Assembly (NCBI GenBank): GCA_963829945.1 | Contig: CAWHKH010000015.1 | Location: 10,621-74,620, forward strand | Reading direction: 5' to 3' | DNA from: an uncultured Actinomycetota bacterium | GTDB lineage: Bacteria > Actinomycetota > Actinomycetes > Mycobacteriales > Nakamurellaceae | Length of the DNA: 64,000 nt | Part shown: positions 21,983-31,780 of the stretch, one piece after another | How the letters are laid out: every line of letters begins with the position of its first letter | How positions within the stretch are numbered: position 1 is the first letter of the stretch | Program-made: the position numbers and the translations under genes | Notes under the pieces: generated by a model | What the model was told of the DNA's origin: nothing | Seen by the model: the letters and a program-made list of their open reading frames with translations, nothing else | Databases searched by the model: none

Positions 21983-24562
21983 ATGTCCGAGCCAGCGCTG
22001 CCGCCGACCCCCGGCGCGCGGCTCGATCCCGGACCGCCGGGCACGGCCGACCCGGACGCGATCTTCGACGGGTTCCAGCGCTGGGCGACGGCGCGCGGGT
22101 TCGTGCTCTACCCGCACCAGGAGGAGGCCCTGCTGGAGCTCGTCGCCGACGCCAACGTGATCGTCGGGACGCCGACCGGCTCCGGCAAGAGCCTCGTCGC
22201 CACGGCCGCGCTGTACGCCGGGATCGCGACCGGCCGGCGCTCGTACTACACGGCGCCGATCAAGGCGCTGGTGTCGGAGAAGTTCTTCGACCTGGTCGAC
22301 ATCTTCGGCGCCGGGCGGGTCGGGATGATCACCGGAGACTCCGCGGTCAACCCCGAGGCGGAGATCATCTGCTGCACCGCAGAGATTCTCGCGGGAATCG
22401 CGCTGCGCCAGGGGGTGGCCGCCGATCCCGGCGTGGTGGTGATGGACGAGTTCCACTACTACGGCGACCCCCAGCGGGGATGGGCGTGGCAGGTGCCGCT
22501 GCTCGAGCTGCACCGCGCACAGTTCGTGCTGATGTCGGCGACGCTGGGCGACGTCCGGGGGATCGCCGCCGACCTGACCGAGCGCACGGGCCGCGAGACG
22601 GCGCTGCTCACCGGCGTGCATCGCCCGGTGCCGCTGCACTTCTCGTACACCCTGGTGCCGCTGCCGGAGACCGTGCAGGACCTGCTCGAGGGCAGCCTCG
22701 CGCCGATCTACATCGTGCACTTCACCCAGGCAGCCGCCCTCGAGCGGGCGCAGGCGCTGTCCAGCACGACCGTGGCCACCCGCGCCCAGCGCGACCGGAT
22801 CGCCGACACCATCGCCGATTTCCGCTTCTCGGCCGGCTTCGGCCGCACCCTGTCGCGGCTGGTGCGGCACGGGATCGGCGTGCACCACGCCGGCATGCTG
22901 CCGAAGTACCGGCGGCTGGTGGAGAAGCTCGCCCAGTCCGGGCTGCTCAGCGTCATCTGCGGCACGGACACCCTCGGCGTCGGCATCAACGTGCCGATCC
23001 GCACGGTGCTGCTGACCGCCCTGGCCAAGTACGACGGCCGCCGCACCCGGATGATCACCGCGCGCGAGTTCCACCAGGTCGCCGGCCGCGCGGGCCGGGC
23101 CGGCTTCGACGTCGCCGGGGACGTGGTGGTGCTCGCGCCCGAGCACGTCATCGAGACCGAGCGCGCGCTGGCCAAGGCCGGCGACGACCCGGCCAAGCGC
23201 CGGAAGGTGGTGCGCCGCAAGGCGCCCGAGGGCTTCGTGAACTGGAGCGAGAGGACCTTCGAGACGCTGGTGGCCGCCGAGCCCGAGCCGCTGACGTCGC
23301 ACTTCCGGGTGTCCCACGCGATGGTGCTCGGCGTGATCTCCCGGCCCGGCAACGCCTTCGACGCGATGCGCGCGCTGATCGAGGGCAGCCACGAGCCGCG
23401 CGCCCGGCAGCTGCGGCACGCACGGCAGGCGATCGCGATCACCCGGGCGCTGCTCGCGGCGGGGGTGGTGGAGCGCCTGGACGAGCCGGACGCGACGGGC
23501 CGGCGGTACCGCATCACCGGCGACCTGCAGCTGGATTTCGCGCTGGATCAACCACTCTCGCCGCTGGCACTCGCCGCGCTGGACCTCCTGGACCGGGAAT
23601 CCGACACCTATCCGCTGGACGTGGTGTCGCTGATCGAGGCGACCCTCGAGGGCCCCGGTCCCGTGCTGGCGGCGCAGCGCTTCCACGCCAGGGGCGAGGC
23701 GGTGGCGGCGATGAAGGCCGAGGGCATCGAATACGACGAGCGGATGGAGCTGCTCGAGGACGTCGACCACCCGCGCCCGCTCGCGGACCTCATCGAGGTC
23801 GCCTACGAGAACTACCGGCGCGGCCATCCCTGGGTGAGCGAGTACCGGCCGGAGCCGAAGTCGGTCGCGCGGGACATGTACGAGCGCGCCATGACCTTCT
23901 CGGAGTTCGTCGCCTTCTACGGCCTGGCCCGCTCCGAGGGCGTCGTGCTGCGGTACCTCGCCGACGCCTATCGCGCGATGCGCCGCACCGTCCCGCAGGA
24001 CGCGCGCACCGACGAGCTGACCGACCTCATCTCCTGGCTCGGCGAGCTCGTCCGCGGCGTCGACTCCAGCCTGCTCGACGAGTGGGAGGCGCTCGCCCAT
24101 CCCGACCCCGACGAGCTCGGCGCCGACGGCGCGGCGCGCCCCCCGAGACCCGATGCGGCGCGGGGCATCACGGCGAACGAACGGGGTTTCACGATCATGG
24201 TGCGGAACGCGCTGTTCCGGCGGCTGGAGCTGTTGTCGACCGGTCGGTACCCGGCGCTCGGCGAGCTGGACGGCGCGCGCGGCTGGCCGGCGCACGTCTG
24301 GCAGGAGGCGATGGCCGGGTACTGGGCGGAGTACGACGACCTCGGCGTGGGGGCGCACGCCCGGTCGACGGCCATGGTGCTGATCAGCCGGGGCCCCGAG
24401 AGCTGGTTCGTGCGGCAGATCTTCGACGACCCCGCGGGGGACCGGGACTGGGGCCTGTCCGTGACCGTGGACCTCGCGGCGTCCGACGAGGCCGGCGAGC
24501 CGGTCCTCGCCGTCGATCAGCTCGGTCCGGCGGACAGCACGGTGGCAGGCTTGATGTCGTGA
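21983..24562 (+). CDS. Ski2-like DEAD/DEAH-box helicase with C-terminal DUF3516
   Basis: TPTGSGKS, APIKAL, DEFH, SAT, HHAGMLP, QVAGRAGR, SEGVVLRYL. Confidence 0.92.
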   Translation: MSEPALPPTPGARLDPGPPGTADPDAIFDGFQRWATARGFVLYPHQEEALLELVADANVIVGTPTGSGKSLVATAALYAGIATGRRSYYTAPIKALVSEKFFDLVDIFGAGRVGMITGDSAVNPEAEIICCTAEILAGIALRQGVAADPGVVVMDEFHYYGDPQRGWAWQVPLLELHRAQFVLMSATLGDVRGIAADLTERTGRETALLTGVHRPVPLHFSYTLVPLPETVQDLLEGSLAPIYIVHFTQAAALERAQALSSTTVATRAQRDRIADTIADFRFSAGFGRTLSRLVRHGIGVHHAGMLPKYRRLVEKLAQSGLLSVICGTDTLGVGINVPIRTVLLTALAKYDGRRTRMITAREFHQVAGRAGRAGFDVAGDVVVLAPEHVIETERALAKAGDDPAKRRKVVRRKAPEGFVNWSERTFETLVAAEPEPLTSHFRVSHAMVLGVISRPGNAFDAMRALIEGSHEPRARQLRHARQAIAITRALLAAGVVERLDEPDATGRRYRITGDLQLDFALDQPLSPLALAALDLLDRESDTYPLDVVSLIEATLEGPGPVLAAQRFHARGEAVAAMKAEGIEYDERMELLEDVDHPRPLADLIEVAYENYRRGHPWVSEYRPEPKSVARDMYERAMTFSEFVAFYGLARSEGVVLRYLADAYRAMRRTVPQDARTDELTDLISWLGELVRGVDSSLLDEWEALAHPDPDELGADGAARPPRPDAARGITANERGFTIMVRNALFRRLELLSTGRYPALGELDGARGWPAHVWQEAMAGYWAEYDDLGVGAHARSTAMVLISRGPESWFVRQIFDDPAGDRDWGLSVTVDLAASDEAGEPVLAVDQLGPADSTVAGLMS

Positions 24563-25341
24563 CCGCCCCTGACCCGCCGCCGCGCTGGCAGGCGCTGCGG
24601 GTCGGGCCGGGCGGGATCCCGCCGGAGCACGTCCGCCCCGTGCCCAGCGCGCGCTTCCCGGCTGCGCCGCCCCAGCGGCCGCCGGTGCCCGCGGACCACG
24701 CGGGCGCCCCCACGGCTGACGCGCCGCCCCAGCGCATGTGGCCGATGCCGCAGCCGGGTGGCGGCCCGTCCGCGGTGCTCGGGTCGTTCGACGACGGGCG
24801 GGTCCGGCCCAGCAGGCGCGCGGTCTGGGGCTGGGTGGCGCTGGCGCTGGCCGCCGGCGTGATCGTCGCGACGGCGCTGTGGTCGTCCGGCAGCCCGCGC
24901 GCGGGCGGCGCGGCGCCGGCCGTCGGCGACTGCCTGAGCGCTGACGACGGGGCGTCGTCGGTCGTCTCGGTGGACTGCGCATCGGGCGACGCCGACTTCC
25001 GCGTCGTCGCCCGCTTCGACGGCACCGCCGGCACCGGCGGCGCGGCGTCCTGCGCCGCGCTCCACCCCGACCTGGCGATGATCGCCGGTCAGCGGTCGGT
25101 GCTGTGCCTGGACTACGTCGCCCGGGTCGGCGAGTGCCTGTTCGCCGGTGAGGGCGGCTCCTCGGGCCCCGACGAGATCGGCAAGCGGCCGTGCGGCGAC
25201 GCCTACCGCGGCACCAGCGACCTGTACCGGGTGCTGGCCGTCATGCCGGGCGCGACCGACGACTCCGGTTGCCCCGTCGGCACTCTGCAGGCGCTCGTGC
25301 ACCGCACCCCGGCGGAGGTCGTCTGCCTCGGTTTCCCCTAG
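24559..25341 (+). CDS. Pro-rich, single-TM protein with two Cys-rich LppU-like domains
   Basis: GTG overlaps the helicase stop. Two VG(D/E)CL...C...(F/Y)RV...C...CL units follow a TM. Confidence 0.65.
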   Translation: MTAPDPPPRWQALRVGPGGIPPEHVRPVPSARFPAAPPQRPPVPADHAGAPTADAPPQRMWPMPQPGGGPSAVLGSFDDGRVRPSRRAVWGWVALALAAGVIVATALWSSGSPRAGGAAPAVGDCLSADDGASSVVSVDCASGDADFRVVARFDGTAGTGGAASCAALHPDLAMIAGQRSVLCLDYVARVGECLFAGEGGSSGPDEIGKRPCGDAYRGTSDLYRVLAVMPGATDDSGCPVGTLQALVHRTPAEVVCLGFP

Positions 25342-25700
25342 GTCGACGGGCCCGACGTCGGTCGGCGGGTTCGCGGCAGTCGCTCGACGACGTCCCGGTA
25401 GGAGCCGTCGACGATCTCCAGCAGCTCATCGTGCGGCACCGCGCCGCCGACCCGGAAGGTGTTCCAGCCGTACCGGCCGATGTAGGCCATGACCGTCACG
25501 TCGTCGGGGTAGGCGTCGCGCCAGTCGCGGGCGTCCTCGGCGGTGCGCCCGCACTTCAGCCCGATGGTCTCGCTGTCCGCGGACCCGAGGAACGCGAAGA
25601 TCTTGTCGGCGACCTTCACGACGATGTCGCCGGGCCACGGCTCGTCCTGCCACGCACCGGGTTTCGCCAGGCAGTAGGCCAGCAGGTCCGGATGGCTCAT
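25338..25700 (-). CDS. MmcQ/YjbR family DNA-binding protein
   Basis: YCLAKPGA..D.PW, KV..KIFA, LKC, Y..R.GWN, SY..VV..LP. Confidence 0.88.
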   Translation of the reverse strand: MSHPDLLAYCLAKPGAWQDEPWPGDIVVKVADKIFAFLGSADSETIGLKCGRTAEDARDWRDAYPDDVTVMAYIGRYGWNTFRVGGAVPHDELLEIVDGSYRDVVERLPRTRRPTSGPST

Positions 25701-27991
25701 GGTCCCTCCCAGGGTGGCAACCCGTCGGTGTCCTCGACGTCCTCGGCATCCTCGACGCTGCCGCCGGTGTCCGGCTCGTCGGCGGGCCGCACGGCGGTGA
25801 TCCGGTGCAGCGTGAAGGTGCGCATCGCGGTGCGCAACCGGTCGTACGCGACGACCGCGCCGCCGGAGATCGCCACCGGTTCGATCAGCCGGTGGGACAG
25901 CGTGCCCTCGGCGTCGACGTAGCCGATCCAGACCGCGGACCGGCTGTTCGCCGCGTCGCGCAGCAACGCCACCGCCTGGTGCGTCTGCTGCTCGTCGCGG
26001 GTTCCGACGCCCGCCCGGTCCGCCGCGCGCATCCGGTCGACCACCGTGCCCAGCTGCTCGTCCGACGGCTGCGGCGGCTCGCGCCAGTGCTGGTGGGCGC
26101 CACCGCCGGGCGGCCGGGCGCGACGCGGGTCGGGCCGCAGGTCGACGACGACGCCGGCGGCGTCCTCGGCGGAGGGCGCCAGCCCGACCGCGCGCAGCTG
26201 GTCCATCAGCTCGTCCAGGCCGGCCACGGAAACGGCGACGGTCGGCGCGAGCCGGCGCAGCGGCACCGCCACCGCCGCCGCCTCCGCAATCGCCTGGTCG
26301 ATCAGCGCCGGGTCGTCGCTCCGCAGGTACGCGGCGGCCTGGCCGACGCGCAGCCGCCCGTGCCGCCGGCCGACGTCGTCCACCAGGTACTCGAGCGCCT
26401 GCGGCACGCCGGTCACGGAGTGCTTCGCGAACAGCTCGCGCAGCTCCGCGGCGGTGGCGCCGGCGTCCAGCGCCCGCCGGATGGTCTGCGGCGTCACCCG
26501 ATACACGGTGGCGCTGCCGGACGACTCGACGTCGGCAACCTGGCCCATCCGGGCGGCGAGCGACCGGGTCAGCCGGCCAGGGGCGATGACGGTGAGGTCG
26601 GCCTGGATCATCAGTTGCTCGACGCGGGCGGGCAGGGCGCGGGAGAGGGCCGCGGCGGCCTCCCTGGTGTCACCGGCGAGCAGCGGGCGGGCGGCCCCGG
26701 TCAGCGCGTCGAAGGCGACGACGCCGAGGGCGGTCGCCTCGGCGACGGTGGATCGGATCAGCGCCTCCCGCTGCTCCGCGGGCCGCAGCGGCGAGCGCCA
26801 GGCCAGCCGGGCCGACAGGTCGTCGGGGCGCAGGCCCGAGCCGGGCGGCAGTTCGTCCAGCGCGCGCAGGACGAATCGCCTGTCCACCGGGCCGCGCAGC
26901 CACGACAGCTCCGGCGACAGGGCGTTCTGGATCTTGTCGTTGCCGTCCTTGATCCCGGCCCGCCAGGGCGCGCGGCGCAGGTCCAGCCAGCACTCGGCGA
27001 ACTGCGTCCAGACGGCCTCCTCGTCCTGGTCCAGCAGCGCGTCGGCGGTCGAGGTGGGGGTCCACGCCTGCCCGGCCGCGGATCGCAGGTCGGCACCGGC
27101 CACCGCGCCGAGTGCCACGAGCAGCTCGACGTCCAGGGCGGCCACCGAGTCCTCGACGTCCAGCAGCCGGGCGACCTTCCGGAGCTCGCGGATGCCCATG
27201 CCGCCGGAGCGCAGCACCGGCACCGGCGCGCGCCCGAGCTGCTCGATCCAGCGCCGCCAGCGCAGCACGCTGGCCGTCGCCTGGCCGGCGCCCGTGCCGT
27301 CGACGGTGCCGACATCGGTGTGCGTCGCGGGACTGTCGGGGGGGTAGGGGTGCACCTCGCCGAGCGGGCGGCCGCCCCGGAGCGCGAGCGCGACCTCGCG
27401 GGGCAGCTCGACGGTGGTCGCGTCGACCTGCCGGACGACGCCCGCCGCGACCAGCTCGGCGACCGTGCGGCCGACCCGGGAGCCCGGCTGCACGGTGCCC
27501 CGCGGGGTGCCGCGGGCGAGCTGGTCCACGATCGACATCTGGGCCGGCGACAGCTCGTCCAGCGCCGTCCGCGCGTCGTCGGGCGACATCCGGCCGGCCG
27601 CGGCCAGTCCCGCCGGGTAGGGGCCGAGGGCGTTCAGCGCGGCGGACGGGATCTGCAGCGCCCGGTCCCCCCGCACCAGCGCCAGGCCGCGCAGCCGGGC
27701 CAGCGCCGCGTCCAGCGCGTCGGCGGGCACGTCCTCGCCCAGCAGCGCCACCAGGTCCGCCCAGGGCGCCGCGTGCCGCTCCGCGCCGAGGACCGCGAGC
27801 GCCGTGAGGACCTCGATGTGGAATTGCGTGAGGGTCTCCATGGCCCGCCAGACCGAGGGTCCGGTGTTCAGCCGACCGGCCAGCACACCCAGGTCGCCGG
27901 GCGCGGGCACCACCAGATCAGGGCGGGCGCGCAGCAACGCCACCAGGTCGGCATCGTCCAGGGACCGCAGCCAGTCGAGCGTCGAGGGCAT
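25697..27991 (-). CDS. Helicase-associated protein (Helicase_C_3 plus C-terminal WYL domain; Rv0862c-like)
   Basis: LL.ARPDL..P.P, IQADLTVIAPG.L, ADVES.G.A.VYR, VPQ.L.YL..DV.RRHG, WYL-like IGYVD..G....R.IEP...RTF.LHRI. Confidence 0.88.
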   Translation of the reverse strand: MPSTLDWLRSLDDADLVALLRARPDLVVPAPGDLGVLAGRLNTGPSVWRAMETLTQFHIEVLTALAVLGAERHAAPWADLVALLGEDVPADALDAALARLRGLALVRGDRALQIPSAALNALGPYPAGLAAAGRMSPDDARTALDELSPAQMSIVDQLARGTPRGTVQPGSRVGRTVAELVAAGVVRQVDATTVELPREVALALRGGRPLGEVHPYPPDSPATHTDVGTVDGTGAGQATASVLRWRRWIEQLGRAPVPVLRSGGMGIRELRKVARLLDVEDSVAALDVELLVALGAVAGADLRSAAGQAWTPTSTADALLDQDEEAVWTQFAECWLDLRRAPWRAGIKDGNDKIQNALSPELSWLRGPVDRRFVLRALDELPPGSGLRPDDLSARLAWRSPLRPAEQREALIRSTVAEATALGVVAFDALTGAARPLLAGDTREAAAALSRALPARVEQLMIQADLTVIAPGRLTRSLAARMGQVADVESSGSATVYRVTPQTIRRALDAGATAAELRELFAKHSVTGVPQALEYLVDDVGRRHGRLRVGQAAAYLRSDDPALIDQAIAEAAAVAVPLRRLAPTVAVSVAGLDELMDQLRAVGLAPSAEDAAGVVVDLRPDPRRARPPGGGAHQHWREPPQPSDEQLGTVVDRMRAADRAGVGTRDEQQTHQAVALLRDAANSRSAVWIGYVDAEGTLSHRLIEPVAISGGAVVAYDRLRTAMRTFTLHRITAVRPADEPDTGGSVEDAEDVEDTDGLPPWEGP

Positions 27992-28127
27992 CGTTTCCAA
28001 CCGTAGGCCCCGGGCCGGACGGCCGGGACCGCGTGCGATCCGCGACCCCGTCCGGCGGGCCGCGGTTGAGCCCACCAGCGTCGATACGCCAGAATGATCG
28101 TCGACGCGGCAGGCGACAGGAGGGGTC

Positions 28128-28304
28128 ATGGCCCAGAAGCGCACCAAGGGTGTCGATCCCACCTGGCCCGAGTTGCCCGACGGAGAGCACCCCGTCACGG
28201 AGCTCAGCACCGACCGGCAGGGCTCGCTGTCGCCGTTCGGCGAGATCGAGTTCCCGCTGTCGTCGGTGCCCTACGTGCACCCGGAGACGGTGATCAACCG
28301 CTGA
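28128..28304 (+). CDS. 58-aa conserved actinobacterial protein (Rv0863-like)
   Basis: Below the ORF track cutoff. AGGAGG RBS. MAQKRTKGVDPTWP...H.V.EL..DR.G.LSPFGE..FP....PYVHPETVINR. Confidence 0.8.
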   Translation: MAQKRTKGVDPTWPELPDGEHPVTELSTDRQGSLSPFGEIEFPLSSVPYVHPETVINR

Positions 28305-28882
28305 GCCATCCGCGCCCCGTCGTCGCCGGCCTGCTGCTGGCGGCCGGGAGCGGCTCCCGGTTCGGCACGCCGAAGGCGCTCGTGGACGACGGATCGGGGC
28401 CCTGGGTGCTGCGCGCGCTCGCCGCGCTGGCGGGCTGTTCGCCGCTCGCGGTCGTGGTCGGCGCCGCCGGCGATCAGGTCAGCGGCCTGCTTCCCGCCGA
28501 CGTGCTGGCTATCGACAACCCCGACCACCTGTCCGGCATGGGCAGCAGCCTGCGGGCCGGGCTGCGCGCGCTGCCCGACGACGTGGACGCCGCGCTGGTG
28601 ACGCTCGTCGATCTGCCGGACGTCGGCGCCGCGATCGCCCGCCGGGTGCGTGCGGCGGCCGGCGATGACCCGGCCGGCGTGCGAGCGGCCTTGCTGCGCG
28701 CGGGGTTTCGCGGCGAGCCCGGCCACCCCGTGTTGATCGGCCGCGGGCATTGGGCGGGCGTGCTGGCCGGCGCCACCGGCGATGCGGGTGCGCGCGACTA
28801 CCTGCGCGAGCATCGCGCCGCGCTCGTCGAGTGCGGCGATCTCGGCACGGGGCAGGACGTCGACGCCCCGCCTCTACCATGA
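28301..28882 (+). CDS. MocA-like nucleotidyltransferase (molybdenum cofactor cytidylyltransferase family)
   Basis: LLAAGSGSRFGTPKAL, GM.SSL, LVDLP, GHPV, GD.GAR, DVD. Start uncertain (CTG 28301). Confidence 0.8.
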   Translation: MSHPRPVVAGLLLAAGSGSRFGTPKALVDDGSGPWVLRALAALAGCSPLAVVVGAAGDQVSGLLPADVLAIDNPDHLSGMGSSLRAGLRALPDDVDAALVTLVDLPDVGAAIARRVRAAAGDDPAGVRAALLRAGFRGEPGHPVLIGRGHWAGVLAGATGDAGARDYLREHRAALVECGDLGTGQDVDAPPLP

Positions 28883-28918
28883 CGTCAGGTCTTCCCCAGC
28901 GGTGAGCGAGGAGCAGTC

Positions 28919-29419
28919 GTGACCGACGCGGACAGCCGCCTGTCGCACGTGGACGCCGCGGGCGCGGCGCGGATGGTCGACGTCTCGGCCAAGGACGTCA
29001 CGGCCCGCGAGGCCGTCGCCTCCGGATCGCTGCGGACCACGGCCGAGGTCCTGGACCTGTTGCGCACCAACACGTTGGCCAAGGGCGACGCCCTGGCGAC
29101 CGCGCGGGTCGCCGGGATCATGGCGGCCAAGCGCACGTCCGAGCTCATCCCGCTGTGCCATCCGATCCCGCTGTCGTTCGTCGGCGTCGACCTCGCTGTC
29201 GACGACCGGGCAGTGCGGATCGTCGCCACGGCGCGCACCGCCGATCGCACCGGCGTGGAGATGGAGGCGCTCACTGCCGTCGCCGTCGCCGGCCTCACGC
29301 TGCACGACATGGTCAAGGCGGTGGACCCCGCCGCCACGCTCGACGAGGTCAGGGTCGAGCGGAAATCCGGTGGCAAGACGGGGCTCTGGGAGCGGCCGGC
29401 GCCGGTGGTGGGTCCGTGA
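28919..29419 (+). CDS. moaC: Cyclic pyranopterin monophosphate synthase
   Basis: LSHVD..G.ARMVDVS.K, KGD, LIPLCHP, TGVEMEAL, KSGGK. Confidence 0.96.
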   Translation: MTDADSRLSHVDAAGAARMVDVSAKDVTAREAVASGSLRTTAEVLDLLRTNTLAKGDALATARVAGIMAAKRTSELIPLCHPIPLSFVGVDLAVDDRAVRIVATARTADRTGVEMEALTAVAVAGLTLHDMVKAVDPAATLDEVRVERKSGGKTGLWERPAPVVGP

Positions 29420-29928
29420 GTGCCGCGACGGTGATCATCGCGTCCGGCCGCGCGGCGAGCGGGGTGTACCCGGATCGGACCGGGCCCGTCATCGCGGAGT
29501 GGCTCGCGCATCGGGGGTTCACGGTCACCGGGCCGATCGTGGTGGCCGACGGCGATCCGGTGGGCGCCGCGTTGCGGCACGCCGTCGCGGCGGGCGCCGA
29601 CCTGGTCGTCACCTCCGGCGGCACCGGAATCTCGCCGACCGACCGCACCCCGGAGCAGACCGCCGCCCTGCTGGACTACGAGATCCCCGGGCTGGCAGAG
29701 GCTTTCCGCCGGCGCGGGGCGGATGCCGTGCCGACCGCCGCGTTGTCCCGGGGGCTGGCGGGTGTGGCCGGGCGGACGCTCGTGGTGAACCTGCCGGGAT
29801 CGACCGGCGGCGTTCGGGACGGGCTCGCGGTGCTCGGCGACGTGCTCGACCACGCCCTCGATCAGCTCGCCGGCGGGGACCACGGCGCGGGACCTGCAGC
29901 GGGCACCGGCGAAGGGGGCACGGCGTGA
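29416..29928 (+). CDS. mog: MogA/MoaB family molybdopterin adenylyltransferase
   Basis: TSGGTGISPTDRTPE, LSRG.AG, NLPGS. Confidence 0.92.
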   Translation: MSAATVIIASGRAASGVYPDRTGPVIAEWLAHRGFTVTGPIVVADGDPVGAALRHAVAAGADLVVTSGGTGISPTDRTPEQTAALLDYEIPGLAEAFRRRGADAVPTAALSRGLAGVAGRTLVVNLPGSTGGVRDGLAVLGDVLDHALDQLAGGDHGAGPAAGTGEGGTA

Positions 29929-30350
29929 GCGGGCAGGTGCGGGTCTGCCGGGTGACGGACGAGACCCTCGTGATGGCCGAGCATGTCGCCGCCGTCGACG
30001 ATCCTGCGGCGGGTGCCACGGTGTCGTTCGCGGGGGTGGTGCGGGATCACGACGGCGGTCGATCGGTGACCGGACTGGAGTACCACGAGCACCCGACGGC
30101 GTCGTCGGTCGTCGCCGAGGTGGCCGCCCGGATCGCGGCGCGCGAGGGTGTCATCGCGGTCGCGGTGTCGCACCGCGTCGGGTTCCTGCGGATCGGCGAC
30201 GTGGCGCTCGCCGCCGCCGTGTCCGCGGCGCACCGGCGGGAGGCCTTCGCCGCGTGCATCGACCTCGTGGACGAGGTGAAGCGACTGCTGCCGGTCTGGA
30301 AGCGGCAGGAGTTCGGCGACGGCTCCGACGAATGGGTCGGCTCCGCCTGA
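29925..30350 (+). CDS. moaE: Molybdopterin synthase catalytic subunit
   Basis: F.GVVRDHD, HRVG.L.IG, AHR.EAF, PVWK. Confidence 0.95.
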   Translation: MSGQVRVCRVTDETLVMAEHVAAVDDPAAGATVSFAGVVRDHDGGRSVTGLEYHEHPTASSVVAEVAARIAAREGVIAVAVSHRVGFLRIGDVALAAAVSAAHRREAFAACIDLVDEVKRLLPVWKRQEFGDGSDEWVGSA

Positions 30351-30418
30351 CGGGTCCCCGTCCGACGATGGGGGTGGGCGCCGTGTGCACAACCCGGGGT
30401 CTTCGCTCCTGGGTTCGG

Positions 30419-30439
30419 TAGAATCGAACGTATGTCGAC
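30419..30439 (+). promoter_or_regulatory. -10 hexamer TAGAAT and degenerate LexA/SOS box overlapping a leaderless ATG
   Basis: TAGAATCGAACGTATGTCGAC compared with the actinobacterial consensus TCGAAC-N4-GTTCGA. Confidence 0.5.
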
Positions 30440-31754
30440 GGTGGCCCGGTTGGACGAGTGTCGCTCGCTGCTGGCCGAGCTGGACGTCGCTGAGTCCGAT
30501 GCGGAGCGCATCGAGCAGCTCGACCGGCTGGAGCGGATCAAGGCGGCGGCCGCCGCCGCGCAGGCCAGGATCACCGACGCGTTCGCCCGTTCGCAGCGCG
30601 CCCGGCTGGCGGCGCAAGGTGTCGACGGCGCCGACGCGCGCCGCTCGATCGCGGCGCAGGTGGCGCTCGCCCGGCGGGACAGCCCGGCGCGGGGCGGGCG
30701 GCACGTGGGACTGGCGGCGGCGCTGGTGCGCGAGCTGCCGGCGGTGCTCGGCGCGCTCGCGGCGGGCGAGACGACCGAGTGGCGCGCCACCCTCGTCGCG
30801 CGGGAGACGGCGCACCTGTCGGCCGCGCAGCGGGCCACGGTGGATGCCGAGCTGGCCGGGCGGCTGGGCAGCTGGGGCGACGTGCGGACCGCGGACGAGG
30901 CCCGCCGGATCGCGCAGCGTCTCGACCCGGCGGGCGCCGAGGAGCGGGCCGCGAAGGCGGTGACCGGCCGGCGGGTGACGATCCGCCCGGCGCCCGACGC
31001 CATGTCCTACCTGACTGCCCTCCTGCCGGCCGCGCAGGGGATCGCCTGCTACGCGGCGCTGCACCGGCTCGCCGCCGCAGCCGCGGCGGACCCGGCCGAC
31101 CATCGGACGCGCGGCCAGGTGATGGCCGACGAGTTCCGGTCCCGATTGCTCGGTGCTGTCGCCGACGGCGACCCGCCCGGCATGCCCGCGGCGACGGGCG
31201 TCGAGGTCCACCTGGTGATGACCGACCGCACGCTGCTCGACGGGGACGACGAACCCGCGTATCTCGTCGGGCACGGGCCGGTCCCCGCCCCGCTGGCGCG
31301 CCGGATCGCGGTCGCCGAGCCGCGGACCCGGGTGTGGGTGCGCCGGCTGTTCACCGACCCGGCCGACGGCACGCTCGTCGCGACGGACGCCCGCCGCCGC
31401 GTCTTCCCGCACGTGGCGCGCGAGTTTCTCGCGGCGCGAGACCTGCAGTGCCGCACGCCGTTCTGCGGCGCGGCCATCCGGCACGCCGATCACACCCTGC
31501 CGGTCTCGCGTGGCGGGCCGACCGACCTGGTGAACGCCAGCGGGCGGTGCGAGTCGTGCAACTACGTCAAGGAAACACCGGGCTGGACCACCGAGACCGC
31601 ACGCGACGGCACGATCACCATCACCACGCCCACCGGGCACCGGCATCGCAGCCGCCCGCCGGGGCCCCCGCGGTCCAGACCCTGGCGGCTCGACGCCTCG
31701 CGCGTCGAGCACCGACTCGAGCTCCTGCTGGAGAGCTACCCGAGCGCGTCCTGA
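30432..31754 (+). CDS. DUF222 / HNH endonuclease (13E12-repeat-like)
   Basis: RT..Q..AD, ARD..CRTPFC, DH..P...GG.T...N....C..CN..K, TPTGH. Confidence 0.88.
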   Translation: MSTVARLDECRSLLAELDVAESDAERIEQLDRLERIKAAAAAAQARITDAFARSQRARLAAQGVDGADARRSIAAQVALARRDSPARGGRHVGLAAALVRELPAVLGALAAGETTEWRATLVARETAHLSAAQRATVDAELAGRLGSWGDVRTADEARRIAQRLDPAGAEERAAKAVTGRRVTIRPAPDAMSYLTALLPAAQGIACYAALHRLAAAAAADPADHRTRGQVMADEFRSRLLGAVADGDPPGMPAATGVEVHLVMTDRTLLDGDDEPAYLVGHGPVPAPLARRIAVAEPRTRVWVRRLFTDPADGTLVATDARRRVFPHVAREFLAARDLQCRTPFCGAAIRHADHTLPVSRGGPTDLVNASGRCESCNYVKETPGWTTETARDGTITITTPTGHRHRSRPPGPPRSRPWRLDASRVEHRLELLLESYPSAS

Positions 31755-31780
31755 ACCGGCCCTGACCTACTCTCGCGCCT

